Below are positions 1 to 10,113 of a stretch of 64,000 nt of DNA, one piece after another. The notes under the pieces are model-generated. The model was not told the DNA's origin, searched no databases, and saw nothing but the letters and a program-made list of their open reading frames with translations. Where the stretch lies: positions 19,982 to 83,981 of the forward strand of contig CAZARR010000001.1 of NCBI GenBank assembly GCA_964487665.1, read 5' to 3'. Both the position numbers and the translations under genes were made by a program. Position 1 is the first letter of the stretch; each line of letters begins with the position of its first letter. The stretch comes from an uncultured Pseudomonadales bacterium (lineage in GTDB: Bacteria > Patescibacteriota > Microgenomatia > UBA1400 > MFAQ01).

Positions 1-65
1 ATGCGACCGGGTATAGGTGTACCCGATAACACCGAAGGCATGCTTCCGAATGATGTACTACTCAT
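1..65 (-). CDS. 5' end of probable major capsid protein (runs off window)
   Basis: ATG at 63-65 reads MSSTSFGSMPSVLSGTPIPGR to the window edge. Position after portal and an acidic scaffold-like gene matches the crAss-like TerL-portal-gene77-MCP order. Positional inference only. Confidence 0.5.
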   Translation of the reverse strand, partial: MSSTSFGSMPSVLSGTPIPGR

Positions 66-138
66 AGTGTACTTTCGTTTTAGTTAATAGATGCTAAAAA
101 AACAAGTCGTGCTAATATACGACTATATCATAAAAGAG

Positions 139-1242
139 TTACTTTTTCTTCTTGTTACTCTGGTCCTTATACTTGTACTTCATGCCGTTATACGTTACCT
201 CATCACTCGCTACGCCACCATCGGCACCGGCACCACTACCGAAGCTATCGAGCTTGTCAAACACTTCCTTGGTTGCTTTGTCGCTGACGTTCTTCAAAGA
301 GCCTTTCTTGTGCTCATACATCAGACGCATCACATCCATCATAAAGACACCATCTTCATTGAGCAGTCGGAACAACTCGGGCTGTCCTGTGTCGCCCTTG
401 ATAGATAGCATCTCCTTGACGTACTGCTTGAAGGCTGCCTTGTCCTCTGACTTGCCATACGGTATGCCACCACCCTTCTCTATGTACTCGCTGGTCTTCT
501 TATCTTCGATGTACTTATCGACCTCTTTGTTGTACTTATCGAGGCTCGCTTTGAAGTGCGCCGTCTCCGCCTCTTTCATCTTAGCAGGTAGCTCATCCAT
601 GCCTTTCTTGTAGTGGCTCACAAGCGCCCCGTCCATCTTCTTGCGCTTCTCCTCGCTCATCTTGGCATAGCGTGCCTCTACCTGTTCTGCGATATGCGCT
701 TCTATCTCATCCTCGTTGTCCGGCAGTGTGCCCGCTTCATGCTCCGCCTTATATATCGTCTTGAACAGATGGTCTTTGACACGGTTATCGCTATCCAACG
801 ATAGCAGGTTGTTATACTGGCTCACTTGCTGATGATATGCGTTAGGATTAATGCCATGACGTAGTGCTGCTGCATAGCTTGGGTTCACCTTAGATAGCCC
901 CTCAAGCATGAGCTCGTTGCGAAACACCTGCTTCGCCTGTTCTATCGTCATGCCCTTGCCTTTGTACTGCTCCACGTCATGCTCTATGCCGTACTGCTTG
1001 AACATACCACTAAGCTGCGCAATGACGTCATTGTTGCCTTTGTTGTCCTGTTGAGCATCACCACCTCCGTTCTCTTGTGCTGCGGTACTATCTTCGCCCG
1101 GCTCTGCGTTGTCGTCAGCATCGTCATCGTCGATATCCAAGTCAGGAATATCGTCGTAGTCGTTTATGTTAAGGTCAACGCCTAAGCCTGTCTCGTCGTA
1201 GTCCAAGTCAGGGATGTAGTCTTCATTGTCTTCAAAGCCCAT
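139..1242 (-). CDS. Acidic scaffold/capsid-assembly-like protein (crAss gene77-like position)
   Basis: 367 aa with a very acidic N-terminus and helical remainder; directly downstream of portal; AAGGAG RBS. Confidence 0.6.
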   Translation of the reverse strand: MGFEDNEDYIPDLDYDETGLGVDLNINDYDDIPDLDIDDDDADDNAEPGEDSTAAQENGGGDAQQDNKGNNDVIAQLSGMFKQYGIEHDVEQYKGKGMTIEQAKQVFRNELMLEGLSKVNPSYAAALRHGINPNAYHQQVSQYNNLLSLDSDNRVKDHLFKTIYKAEHEAGTLPDNEDEIEAHIAEQVEARYAKMSEEKRKKMDGALVSHYKKGMDELPAKMKEAETAHFKASLDKYNKEVDKYIEDKKTSEYIEKGGGIPYGKSEDKAAFKQYVKEMLSIKGDTGQPELFRLLNEDGVFMMDVMRLMYEHKKGSLKNVSDKATKEVFDKLDSFGSGAGADGGVASDEVTYNGMKYKYKDQSNKKKK

Positions 1243-1282
1243 GATGTTTACTCCTTGTGTTTATGTGTGTGTGATTGGTTAC

Positions 1283-3880
1283 CTACTTACTCTTACCGGC
1301 GCTGCTCTTCGGCTTGCCACTGTTGCTGCTACCCATGCTACCTTTGATGCGTGCCTCCATCGTCTTGAGCATCATCTCCAAGCTCTTGTTCTTATCCTCC
1401 AAGCCCATCTGCTCACGTTGCAATCTAAGGTACTCCGCCTCGATGCTCTGCTCTACGTTGATGCTATAACGCTTGGTCTGCTCCTGCTGCTCGGCAATGT
1501 CCTTACGTACCTGTAGCTCATTAGCATCCATCTGCGCCTCCATCTGTGCCTTACGCATCGCTATCTCACCTTTCAACTGCTCCAACTGCTGCAAGACACC
1601 GCCCTTGACTTGCTCTATCTGGGCGTCTATCTGTGCCTGCATCTGTGCCTGTTGCTGTGCGAAAGCGAGTGCCTGTTGCTGCTGCTGCTGCTGTGTGCCC
1701 TCCACCGTCTTACGCATCTTATCCTCAAAGTCCTTCAATGCTATTCGTATGTCGTGAATGCTCTTCATATCGACAAGCTGTAACATCTGCCCCATCGTGA
1801 TGCTACCATTCTGTACCATAACGTCAATGGCAGCATGTACACGCCCCATGCTCTCCTTAGCCCATCGTGTGCTACCGACACGCGCCGCGAACTGCTCATC
1901 GACACCTTTGGGGTACGATACGATGCGCTGGCGACCATTATCAATGAGTACCTTACGAGTACCATTGCGATAGCAGATAGGAAAGACGTTGCATAGCATC
2001 TCATAGACACGCTCCCATAGACGCTCATGCTCCTGCGGGTATATCTCCACCGATGCGTTACTCATAGCGAGACCCATCTGATACGTACCTACTTGGTCTG
2101 TCTGTATCACCTGTCCCTGCTGCTGCGGCGTAACACCTGTTATCATACGCACCATAGCTTCGAGCATCATCTTCGCTTCATTCAGTATGCCCAAGCCCTG
2201 CGATATGCTATTGTCGTACTGTTGAAACTGGTTGTACGATAGGTTCTTACGCTTGCCATCTTTCGTCACCGTCTCGATGAAAGCGATACCTTGCTGCACG
2301 TAGTATATCCACTCTGCCGGGTCCATGCCATCGGGCATCTGGCTCTTATCCATGATGAAGCCCTTGACACCAGCGAGCAGTATCAACGTCTCCTCCTTGA
2401 AATGTAAGATGTTGTATAGCTCCTGTATGTCGCGCGTCTCCCATACGAGGCTATGAGGCTGCCAGAAGCGACAGTAAGCACGACCGATGAGCGGTAGGTA
2501 CACCTTAGAGAATGAGTTGATAGGGCGTGGCTGCCATAGGCTCTTACGCATGATAGGGTATATATCACCCTCATGACCGATGCGTACCGTATGCCATAGG
2601 TCTGTACGGAAGCGTGTCACTACCTTATCGCCGTCTTTCTTCTTATACCCTTCCTCCTGTATCTCGTACCATTGCTCTCCCTCTTCGTCGGTCTTCACCT
2701 TAGCATTGATGCGTACCTGCTCCTTATGCCACACCTTATATACAGGCACCGTTGCGCCACGAAGGTAATACTCTCTCTCATTGTATCCAACAGATGATAG
2801 CATACGACCATCGGGAAGCACGGGAACCCAGTGGCTCTGGTGCCATGAGTTCGATAGTAGCCTTTCGCGTATGTAGTCAGTCTCCTCTTCCGTTAGTAGG
2901 TGTCCGTAGTTATCCAACACCTGCCCAAACGTCATAGGGTCATAGACGACAGTCCAGTCTAACTCCTCGATTCCATACGTACTCTCGCTCATCTGATAGT
3001 ACACCTGCTCGGGGCGATAGTACTTGGTCTCCGCCTCTATCATACCCGGCTCCCACCATACACCGATGATAGGCTCGTCCGTTATCATCTTCTCCTCGAA
3101 GGTGCGGACGTACATCTCCTCTATCCTATTGCGTTGTATGTACTCCATCAATAGGCTCTCGGTACTCTGCTCATAGATATCTTGATACGAATACTCGTAG
3201 TAGTTCTGTAGCTTCTGCCGCTCCTCCTCTGTCATCTGTAACTGCACATCGACCATCATGCGAGCCTGCTCTATGACGGCACGTAGCTGTGGTAGCACCT
3301 CACCGATGCGCGGGTCTTGCTGCTCCATCTGCTCCATCTGTGCCATCATCTGCTCCTGCATCTCGACACCCTTGCGGTATAGGTGGAACCCGATAAGGCG
3401 AGCCTGCAAACGCTGCTCCCTGTCTTGACGTATCTTATCCATGAAGGCATCGAGCTTACCTTGTACCGCCTGTGTGCTGACACTATAGACGCGCACATTG
3501 ACAGGTCTATCGCTGATGCGACTGATGAGCGACTGTAACATAGGACGGACGATAGGCATGTGTCGCACACGAGCAGGCGATGTAAGTGTCATGGTACGCA
3601 TCTCACCTGTCTCTGTATCACGGTACTCCTTATCTACGTTACGATATAGGTAGTCGTAGTCCATGCCCTCGTTGTTGTTGTTCCACAAGCGGCGACAATA
3701 GGCATTACGGCGGTGGCGCACATCATAAGCATCGAGGCTGTTCTCATCGGCACGATAGCCGCTACCGTCAACGTAGAACGTAGAGGCACCTATCATGCGG
3801 TTCACACGAGCCTTGATAGCCGTCATGCGCTCACCCTTGGGTATGCGATAGAGCGGTATGTCTATGTTATAGTTGTTCAT
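1283..3880 (-). CDS. Portal protein (crAss-like, long C-terminal coiled-coil barrel)
   Basis: 865 aa, overlaps the TerL stop. Contains P22/crAss-portal-like segments (PIVRPMLQSL, DIQELYNILH, ITGVTPQQQG) and a Q-rich coiled-coil C-terminus. Confidence 0.85.
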   Translation of the reverse strand: MNNYNIDIPLYRIPKGERMTAIKARVNRMIGASTFYVDGSGYRADENSLDAYDVRHRRNAYCRRLWNNNNEGMDYDYLYRNVDKEYRDTETGEMRTMTLTSPARVRHMPIVRPMLQSLISRISDRPVNVRVYSVSTQAVQGKLDAFMDKIRQDREQRLQARLIGFHLYRKGVEMQEQMMAQMEQMEQQDPRIGEVLPQLRAVIEQARMMVDVQLQMTEEERQKLQNYYEYSYQDIYEQSTESLLMEYIQRNRIEEMYVRTFEEKMITDEPIIGVWWEPGMIEAETKYYRPEQVYYQMSESTYGIEELDWTVVYDPMTFGQVLDNYGHLLTEEETDYIRERLLSNSWHQSHWVPVLPDGRMLSSVGYNEREYYLRGATVPVYKVWHKEQVRINAKVKTDEEGEQWYEIQEEGYKKKDGDKVVTRFRTDLWHTVRIGHEGDIYPIMRKSLWQPRPINSFSKVYLPLIGRAYCRFWQPHSLVWETRDIQELYNILHFKEETLILLAGVKGFIMDKSQMPDGMDPAEWIYYVQQGIAFIETVTKDGKRKNLSYNQFQQYDNSISQGLGILNEAKMMLEAMVRMITGVTPQQQGQVIQTDQVGTYQMGLAMSNASVEIYPQEHERLWERVYEMLCNVFPICYRNGTRKVLIDNGRQRIVSYPKGVDEQFAARVGSTRWAKESMGRVHAAIDVMVQNGSITMGQMLQLVDMKSIHDIRIALKDFEDKMRKTVEGTQQQQQQQALAFAQQQAQMQAQIDAQIEQVKGGVLQQLEQLKGEIAMRKAQMEAQMDANELQVRKDIAEQQEQTKRYSINVEQSIEAEYLRLQREQMGLEDKNKSLEMMLKTMEARIKGSMGSSNSGKPKSSAGKSK

Positions 3881-6081
3881 ACTCTTCGTAGTCCTCCTCT
3901 TGTGTTTACAAAGCCAAACATCGGCATGTCATCACTCGACCTCTCACCTGTATCGCCCGGTATGACACCCATGTGGTTATCGTCAAGCATATGCTCCCAT
4001 GCCAACATATAGGCTATCATCTCGTCGTCATTATACTTCTTAGTCTTACGGTACGCCAAGGCACGCTCTACCTGCTTAGGGTCAACCATGAGGTGAACAT
4101 AGTCTTCTATGTATGAGGCATAGTGTCCCTCCCATACGTGCTTGGTGTTGGGGTCGATACCGTACTTGTTCTGTATGCCGCTGTCTATCATCTCGGCATA
4201 CGTTATCATAGGTCTCTCCTTGAGCAGGAACTCCCAGCCGTTGTTCTTGTACCAGTCGAAAGGAGCATCGTTACTCCACTCGATAAGCACGTTGCAGCGA
4301 CTATAGTACATCTGCGCCATGACACACTGCTCATAGAATAGCTCCTTCTTATTCGGTCTCCACGTCAGCCGTGCAGGGAAGATGTTGTACGTACTATCAG
4401 GCTTATGATACCCCTTGGCTATGACGAAGCAACCCTTCGAGTACGCACTCTCACTCGCCTCGTCCTTGTTGTATGGGTCCATACCCGCCTTGTACAAGCC
4501 ACGATAGAACGGCTCATCGAACAGCACCTCGTAGCCTCTCTCGCCTCCGTTGTTATTCGGTAGCTCCGGATGTTCAATAAGACACCAAGGATACAACGTG
4601 TTACCATCGTGGTCAACAGCACCCTCCATGCCTTTCGGTCGTGGGCACCACCGTACACCTATCGGCTTGACACGCTTACGCATCAATAGCGGTACGTCCT
4701 TCTGCTCCTGCTCCTTGGGGAATATCCACTCGAACCGCCCGTACATCATCTGCTCGCTCTGACGTGCAGCAATGAGTATGCGCTGTTGGTACTCCAGCTT
4801 CTCGACGTTGAAAGGACACTTGCCCGCTATGGTGAACGCCTCCGCCGGTGTAAGTGGCATCTGTGTCTTATACACCGTCTTGTCCTTCTTCTTGGCTCGT
4901 GTCGCCTCGATGAGCTCCATGCCAGACTCCTTGTACGAGTTGCCATCATTGTCCATCACGAGGAACATCCATGCCGGGAAGAAGTGCGCCGTATCGCGTA
5001 TGCCCTCCTCATATACTTGGTCGCTAACGAGTATGTTGTAGTCGACAGGGTTGTAGAACATCTCCATCAACTGTGCTGCCCCAGCATCCATGTCCCCACC
5101 AGTACCACATATCGCTATGATACGACCATCCTGCCGCTCCTGCTCCTTCATGGCAGGTAGTATCATCTCGTACACCGTCTTGAGGTGTCTGTTGATACCC
5201 GCCTCCTCCAGCAAGCAGAACGTCGGTGTCTTACCGTTCGCCGCCTGTACGTTATCCAAGGTGGTGATAGCCTCTATCTGCGACAAAAAGCCCATCGCTG
5301 CGCCTACCTTGTCAGGGAAGCTACACTCGATGAAGTCCTTACGGTCGGGACCACCCTTACGTCGCTTGTAGAACTCACGCCCTGCGTTGACGGTCATAAA
5401 GGCATCTAAGCCAGTCACTACCTTACCCATCGTATTGAGCGAGTAGGTATCCTGACCACCGACGATGAGACCGCGCCCCATAGGATAGAACGTATAGTCA
5501 TACGCTATCATAGCAGCGAAGCACTCCGAGAAGCCAATCTGACGTCGCTTGAGAGCCAATAGGTTAGCATCAGCATCACGAGCCTGCTCAACGAGGTCAA
5601 ACAACTCTTTCTGTAGGTCTATGAAGCGAGGCACTATATAGCCCGCACCACGACCCTTACCACGTATGCGCCAGAAGTTGAGGTAGAAGTAATACTCACC
5701 AGTGATGCGTACACCACCAACCTCGTACCCCTCAAGGCAACGGCGCCGCTGCTCATACCACCACTCCTTGTACCATCGTGGATAGTTATTGCGTATCAGC
5801 TTACGACCCTTGGCTGTAGGGTTATCCCACTGCTGCCACTTGGGGTCGAACTTGGGCATCTGCTCCTCACGGTCATATATGACAGGTTGGAACATCTCAA
5901 CACGACGGAAGCGACCATCGACAAAGCACTTTACCTTCTTCTTATCTACCTGACTGCCCCAGTAGTAACGCTCCGTCAAAGGAGCACTATCGTCCACGAC
6001 CATGTTACGGTCAAGGTCGACAGTGACGCCTGCAAGTGTCCCTATGCCAAGCTTCTCCTTCGCTCGTTTCGCTACTGCCAT
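3877..6081 (-). CDS. terL: Terminase large subunit
   Basis: ITGEYYFYLNF, Walker A-like LKRRQIGFS, Walker B LLEEAG, coupling motif GTGG, nuclease AGMDPY...NDDEMIA; typical of crAss-like TerL. Confidence 0.92.
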   Translation of the reverse strand: MAVAKRAKEKLGIGTLAGVTVDLDRNMVVDDSAPLTERYYWGSQVDKKKVKCFVDGRFRRVEMFQPVIYDREEQMPKFDPKWQQWDNPTAKGRKLIRNNYPRWYKEWWYEQRRRCLEGYEVGGVRITGEYYFYLNFWRIRGKGRGAGYIVPRFIDLQKELFDLVEQARDADANLLALKRRQIGFSECFAAMIAYDYTFYPMGRGLIVGGQDTYSLNTMGKVVTGLDAFMTVNAGREFYKRRKGGPDRKDFIECSFPDKVGAAMGFLSQIEAITTLDNVQAANGKTPTFCLLEEAGINRHLKTVYEMILPAMKEQERQDGRIIAICGTGGDMDAGAAQLMEMFYNPVDYNILVSDQVYEEGIRDTAHFFPAWMFLVMDNDGNSYKESGMELIEATRAKKKDKTVYKTQMPLTPAEAFTIAGKCPFNVEKLEYQQRILIAARQSEQMMYGRFEWIFPKEQEQKDVPLLMRKRVKPIGVRWCPRPKGMEGAVDHDGNTLYPWCLIEHPELPNNNGGERGYEVLFDEPFYRGLYKAGMDPYNKDEASESAYSKGCFVIAKGYHKPDSTYNIFPARLTWRPNKKELFYEQCVMAQMYYSRCNVLIEWSNDAPFDWYKNNGWEFLLKERPMITYAEMIDSGIQNKYGIDPNTKHVWEGHYASYIEDYVHLMVDPKQVERALAYRKTKKYNDDEMIAYMLAWEHMLDDNHMGVIPGDTGERSSDDMPMFGFVNTRGGLRRV

Positions 6082-6091
6082 ACTATGGTTC

Positions 6092-6589
6092 TTATATCGC
6101 TTCTACCTCGAAGTCTTGTGAAACGGTGAAGTTGAAGCAGTCAGTGAATATCTGCGCTGTAAGATTGAAAGAGCCTATCGTAGTAGTATCTAACTGCAAC
6201 CCTATAATGAAGGTCACGCCAGCAGCTACATTGAAAGGAGTAACTGGTACAGGTGTCACCGTAGCACCAACGGCTACAATGCTTGTTATGACCAACTCAT
6301 TAAGTGGTGTTATGCGTATGTATAGATGTGGCTCTGTGTCCCCCTCTGTAACGACGATAGCATCCAATGTATAGTTGCCGGCACTGTTGATGTTGACGAC
6401 ATCATTGAGAGGCACTTCACTAGGCAGCGTAGTAGTAACAGCCGTTATATCCATAGAGCATGACGGGCAGCATGGGAATAGCTCCTCTGTGCCAGCAGTA
6501 AGAACAGGTGTCTCCTTTGGCGGCTGACAGCATGGCATTAACTGACTACTCAGGTCATTAGGATTCTCGTCGATAGCTCTGCTACTCAT
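6092..6589 (-). CDS. Putative virion structural protein (beta-rich/Ig-like, Cys-cluster N-terminus)
   Basis: Start refined to ATG 6589 (GGAGGT RBS); T/V-rich beta-strand pattern. Confidence 0.55.
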   Translation of the reverse strand: MSSRAIDENPNDLSSQLMPCCQPPKETPVLTAGTEELFPCCPSCSMDITAVTTTLPSEVPLNDVVNINSAGNYTLDAIVVTEGDTEPHLYIRITPLNELVITSIVAVGATVTPVPVTPFNVAAGVTFIIGLQLDTTTIGSFNLTAQIFTDCFNFTVSQDFEVEAI

Positions 6590-7196
6590 GGCGTACCTCC
6601 TTATCGTTTGTAGATTCACCCTTGTCGTCCTGCTTAGGAGCCAAGAGCCGTCCCTTGTGTGTGTCGATGTATTTGATGAAAAAGGCAGCAACAGCCTTCG
6701 GTAGATAGCCAAGGTCTGACATGTGCCTCATGGCACTCGCTACGTTAAGGAACAGTATGAAGAAGAAGTATGCCTTACCGAAGTATGCGAATAGCTCATC
6801 TCCACCTATATCAAAGGCTGTAACTAACGGTTCCATGTTATACGCCAAGGCAAGCGTTATCCAGTATGCAAGGACGCTGACGACGAACTTGGTTGCCTTA
6901 TCGGTTTTGAAGCTCTCGCCCTTGATGACCTTGGCACTCGTAACGGCAAGGATGAAGTCAAGAAGCAGTACACCGGTAAAGATAACCAGTGTCCAAGCGG
7001 GCTTCCATATCCATTGTTCAATGAAAGGCACTTGCATCAATAGGGCGAAAGAGAATGCGAGGGGTAATACAGTGTGCATCTTATAGTGTTTTAGACTTCC
7101 CCACAGGCTACGAGCGAAGTCGGCGGGTGATGAGTAACCAAGTATCTGCATGATAGTGTTCTTTTTATGGTATGACAAAGCTTGTTTTGGGGTCAA
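6582..7196 (-). CDS. Putative holin
   Basis: 3-4 hydrophobic segments with LLLDFILAV...N..S...M..LG.LP pattern like phage holin family 4; charged C-terminus. True start may be 7151. Confidence 0.7.
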   Translation of the reverse strand: MTPKQALSYHKKNTIMQILGYSSPADFARSLWGSLKHYKMHTVLPLAFSFALLMQVPFIEQWIWKPAWTLVIFTGVLLLDFILAVTSAKVIKGESFKTDKATKFVVSVLAYWITLALAYNMEPLVTAFDIGGDELFAYFGKAYFFFILFLNVASAMRHMSDLGYLPKAVAAFFIKYIDTHKGRLLAPKQDDKGESTNDKEVRHE

Positions 7197-8067
7197 ACGT
7201 CTCTATGTGTTTCATAGCCATCTGTACGCTCCTTTGGCTACGTATTGCATCTGTATCGTAAGGACTGTTCTTGCAATCAGGCAGTCGGTAGAAGCAACGC
7301 TTGACACCATGTATGCTACACACACTCATCTCATGCATCTCGTCTTCCTCCGTTACTCCCTTGCTGAACACACCTACTACCTTGCTAAGCATAGCTATCA
7401 ACCCTTTTGGATAGCCGTCCTCCAAGATAGTACGTGTCGATAGACTAAGCAAGTGCGTACACCATCTGCCACTCTTTATCTCTTTTATCAAGGCATCACC
7501 ACCGGGGTTGTGGTCTCGCCAGCCACCATCAGCCCAGTGCTCTCCCCACATCTCCTCTACCTCTATCCAAAAGGGCACAGCACAGCTTGCAGCGGCGACA
7601 GTAAGCATCTCGTAGTAGCCACAGTCCAATAGGTTGACAAGCACCTCCTCGCCTGTCTCGACACATACGATAGCTGCATATATCGGCTTACATACCGTTG
7701 TTCTATAACGCTGCCATTCCTCTTTGCTGATGTACGATTGTATCACCTCTTTGACACGCTGCTTGCCAAGGTAGTTGCGACCAGTCAAGATATGCCAGTA
7801 CGCCCACCATGACAGCTTACCGCTATTGGTCAATGGTCGGCGGCTCATCCATCGTATCTTACTATGCACAAGGTCAGTATATACCTTATCAGCAACACCA
7901 GTAGCGATAGCAAGGACGGTTAATAGACCACTGCTACTGCCTGCATACCAGTCGGGCTCGTATCCGCAAGATAGACAGTAACGTGCAGAAGCAAGCAATA
8001 CGTCGATGCGACTGCCGCCACCACTACATGATAAACCCTTATATGCGTCATTAGATACCATGCTCAA
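7165..8067 (-). CDS. Patatin-like phospholipase
   Basis: Oxyanion SGGGSR, nucleophile GSSSG (GxSxG), ASCAVP and DGG motifs. Confidence 0.9.
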   Translation of the reverse strand: MSMVSNDAYKGLSCSGGGSRIDVLLASARYCLSCGYEPDWYAGSSSGLLTVLAIATGVADKVYTDLVHSKIRWMSRRPLTNSGKLSWWAYWHILTGRNYLGKQRVKEVIQSYISKEEWQRYRTTVCKPIYAAIVCVETGEEVLVNLLDCGYYEMLTVAAASCAVPFWIEVEEMWGEHWADGGWRDHNPGGDALIKEIKSGRWCTHLLSLSTRTILEDGYPKGLIAMLSKVVGVFSKGVTEEDEMHEMSVCSIHGVKRCFYRLPDCKNSPYDTDAIRSQRSVQMAMKHIETFDPKTSFVIP

Positions 8068-8806
8068 AGAGTATATCGTCCCATAACGCCGCTATAGCAG
8101 CAATAGCTTGTCCGTTGTTTGCAGTCCAGCCTTTATCTTTCAATCCTAAGCATGTAGTGCCAAGCCAAGGCACAGTAGCAATACCGTCAAACGGAGCTAA
8201 GCCATTGATGTAGTTCGACAAGCCATATCCATACTCAATAGTGTCATAAGGCTGTCCCTTGATACCTTGTTCTTTGTACCAGTCAATCATAGGACCAACA
8301 TCTGTCAACACTGTAAGCATATACTGCGGTATGACACTATGACCATTGACTACGGCTTTGTCAAGACGTTCCTTGCGACAAGTAGTAGCCAGCGGGTGAT
8401 ATGGACGTGTGGCATTCTCCATAGCAACGAAGTCGCCACCGAAGACAGTAACACGCTTCGAGTAAGAACCGATAAGGTAAGAACATACGTATCGCTGCAC
8501 CGTGTTATCAGCTATCGTGTCAATACCTGCGTCTTCATTACCACCGCCAGCAGCTATGACAACCTGCTTCAACGCATCTTTCTTGGATATGAAGTCAGCC
8601 TTGCCTAGTTCGAGACCATTGATAGCTAAGAAGTCAGCTATAGTGCCTACCTTTTGATAACCAGTTTCAGTAGCACTATCGCTCCACTTGTAACCATCAT
8701 CAGTGCCGTTGTCATCATAAGGAGCATCGAGATACGCGCGTACCTCAGTAGGCACTCCTTCAACGTCTATCGTTATTGTCTTTACAAAAAGGTTCAAGTA
8801 TCCCAT
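8051..8806 (-). CDS. Hypothetical virion/tail-associated protein
   Basis: 251 aa, translationally coupled within the tail cluster. Confidence 0.55.
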   Translation of the reverse strand: MGYLNLFVKTITIDVEGVPTEVRAYLDAPYDDNGTDDGYKWSDSATETGYQKVGTIADFLAINGLELGKADFISKKDALKQVVIAAGGGNEDAGIDTIADNTVQRYVCSYLIGSYSKRVTVFGGDFVAMENATRPYHPLATTCRKERLDKAVVNGHSVIPQYMLTVLTDVGPMIDWYKEQGIKGQPYDTIEYGYGLSNYINGLAPFDGIATVPWLGTTCLGLKDKGWTANNGQAIAAIAALWDDILFEHGI

Positions 8807-8807
8807 G

Positions 8808-10112
8808 TTATACCTCCTCCATTAGTAGTTTGCCGTTAGTGAAGTTGCCAGCCTGTCCGTTATGATACACCTTCATCACAACGTTACCATCAGAGTTGAC
8901 CCAGTTATGAACAACAGAGAACGTATATGTGCGTATTAAGCCACTGCCGTTTTGACTGCTATGCGATAACCTACTCATAGGTATCTCTCCTATGCCGGGC
9001 ACAACAAGCCACATAGTAGTAGTCCATGCCCCGCCACCACTCGGAGCAAAGCTAAGACTATACGTGAACTTGGTTCTACGTTGCAAACCCTCAAGGTTCC
9101 ATGCCTGACTGCTCGTCGCTGTATAACCGTACCCTTGCTCGGCAGTGAAGTTGTTAAGTAGCATATTGTTACCCGCTACGTTGGTGTACCCAGCACTCGA
9201 TATGTTAGTATCGCGCCAAGCATACGCCTTGTGCTTACCCCTCTGCTCAAACGATATAGAACGAGTAGAGGCACTAGTGCGTGTCATACGTACACATATA
9301 GTATCACTCTCACTCACTATGTAAGCAGCAGGGGTGCCGGCAGTGTATCTACCAACAACCCTACTATTGTCCGATGCGTCGGCTGGAATGCAACGTAGCT
9401 TCATGTTGTCGCCCTTATCAACGCAATAGATGTAACGACGGTTTTCGTATCCATCAGCCAAAGCATCAGTGTCAGGTAGTATGATAGAAAATGTGCCTGT
9501 CGTATCTGTTGCTGCGCTGATATTGACAACAAGGTCAAAGCCATCATACAATACGTTAGACCAGTCCAGCGTGTATGTGCCACCAGGTCCTGCAATGACA
9601 GTAGTGAAGTCAGCTTCTGTGATGCGCTTCGTAGCACGAGGAGGTGCGCTTATTGTAGCAGGAGACCATGCACTACCGTCCCACGATAGCACCTGCCCAC
9701 TCGATGGAGCACTCACGCTCGCCGCTCTGCTACCTAACACACGACCTATCGCCTCGATGTCATAATCATAGCTATATGTAACACCACCGGCAGCACCAGT
9801 GATGATAACCTGCACCTTACTTGCAGTCAACTCCGTATCTGTACGACCGCCGCATACCAACTCTATGTCATACGTCCCTGCAACAGCAGCAGCAACGTTC
9901 ATCGTTACACGCAACCCCAAAGGGTAAACACGTAGGTTACTAAGTGCTATGTTGCTTACATCAGGAACACTAACACCTGTCTGCATATCATGTCCAACGC
10001 ATGGTATGTCAACATCGTAGCTACCCGATGTGTTGCCTATCGTTATCACCATAGCAGCGTTGCTACGTGTAGCGATAAGCCTGTTGTCTATGTTATTAGG
10101 TACTATAACCAT
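8808..10112 (-). CDS. Tail fibre/spike protein
   Basis: 434 aa, G/S/T-rich; SGQVLSWDGSAWSPA fibre repeat motif. Confidence 0.7.
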   Translation of the reverse strand: MVIVPNNIDNRLIATRSNAAMVITIGNTSGSYDVDIPCVGHDMQTGVSVPDVSNIALSNLRVYPLGLRVTMNVAAAVAGTYDIELVCGGRTDTELTASKVQVIITGAAGGVTYSYDYDIEAIGRVLGSRAASVSAPSSGQVLSWDGSAWSPATISAPPRATKRITEADFTTVIAGPGGTYTLDWSNVLYDGFDLVVNISAATDTTGTFSIILPDTDALADGYENRRYIYCVDKGDNMKLRCIPADASDNSRVVGRYTAGTPAAYIVSESDTICVRMTRTSASTRSISFEQRGKHKAYAWRDTNISSAGYTNVAGNNMLLNNFTAEQGYGYTATSSQAWNLEGLQRRTKFTYSLSFAPSGGGAWTTTMWLVVPGIGEIPMSRLSHSSQNGSGLIRTYTFSVVHNWVNSDGNVVMKVYHNGQAGNFTNGKLLMEEV

Positions 10113-10113
10113 G

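Noticed and set aside
3877-6081. Intein or intron in TerL
   Set aside because: Length is normal for crAss-like TerL; no splice or LAGLIDADG motifs.
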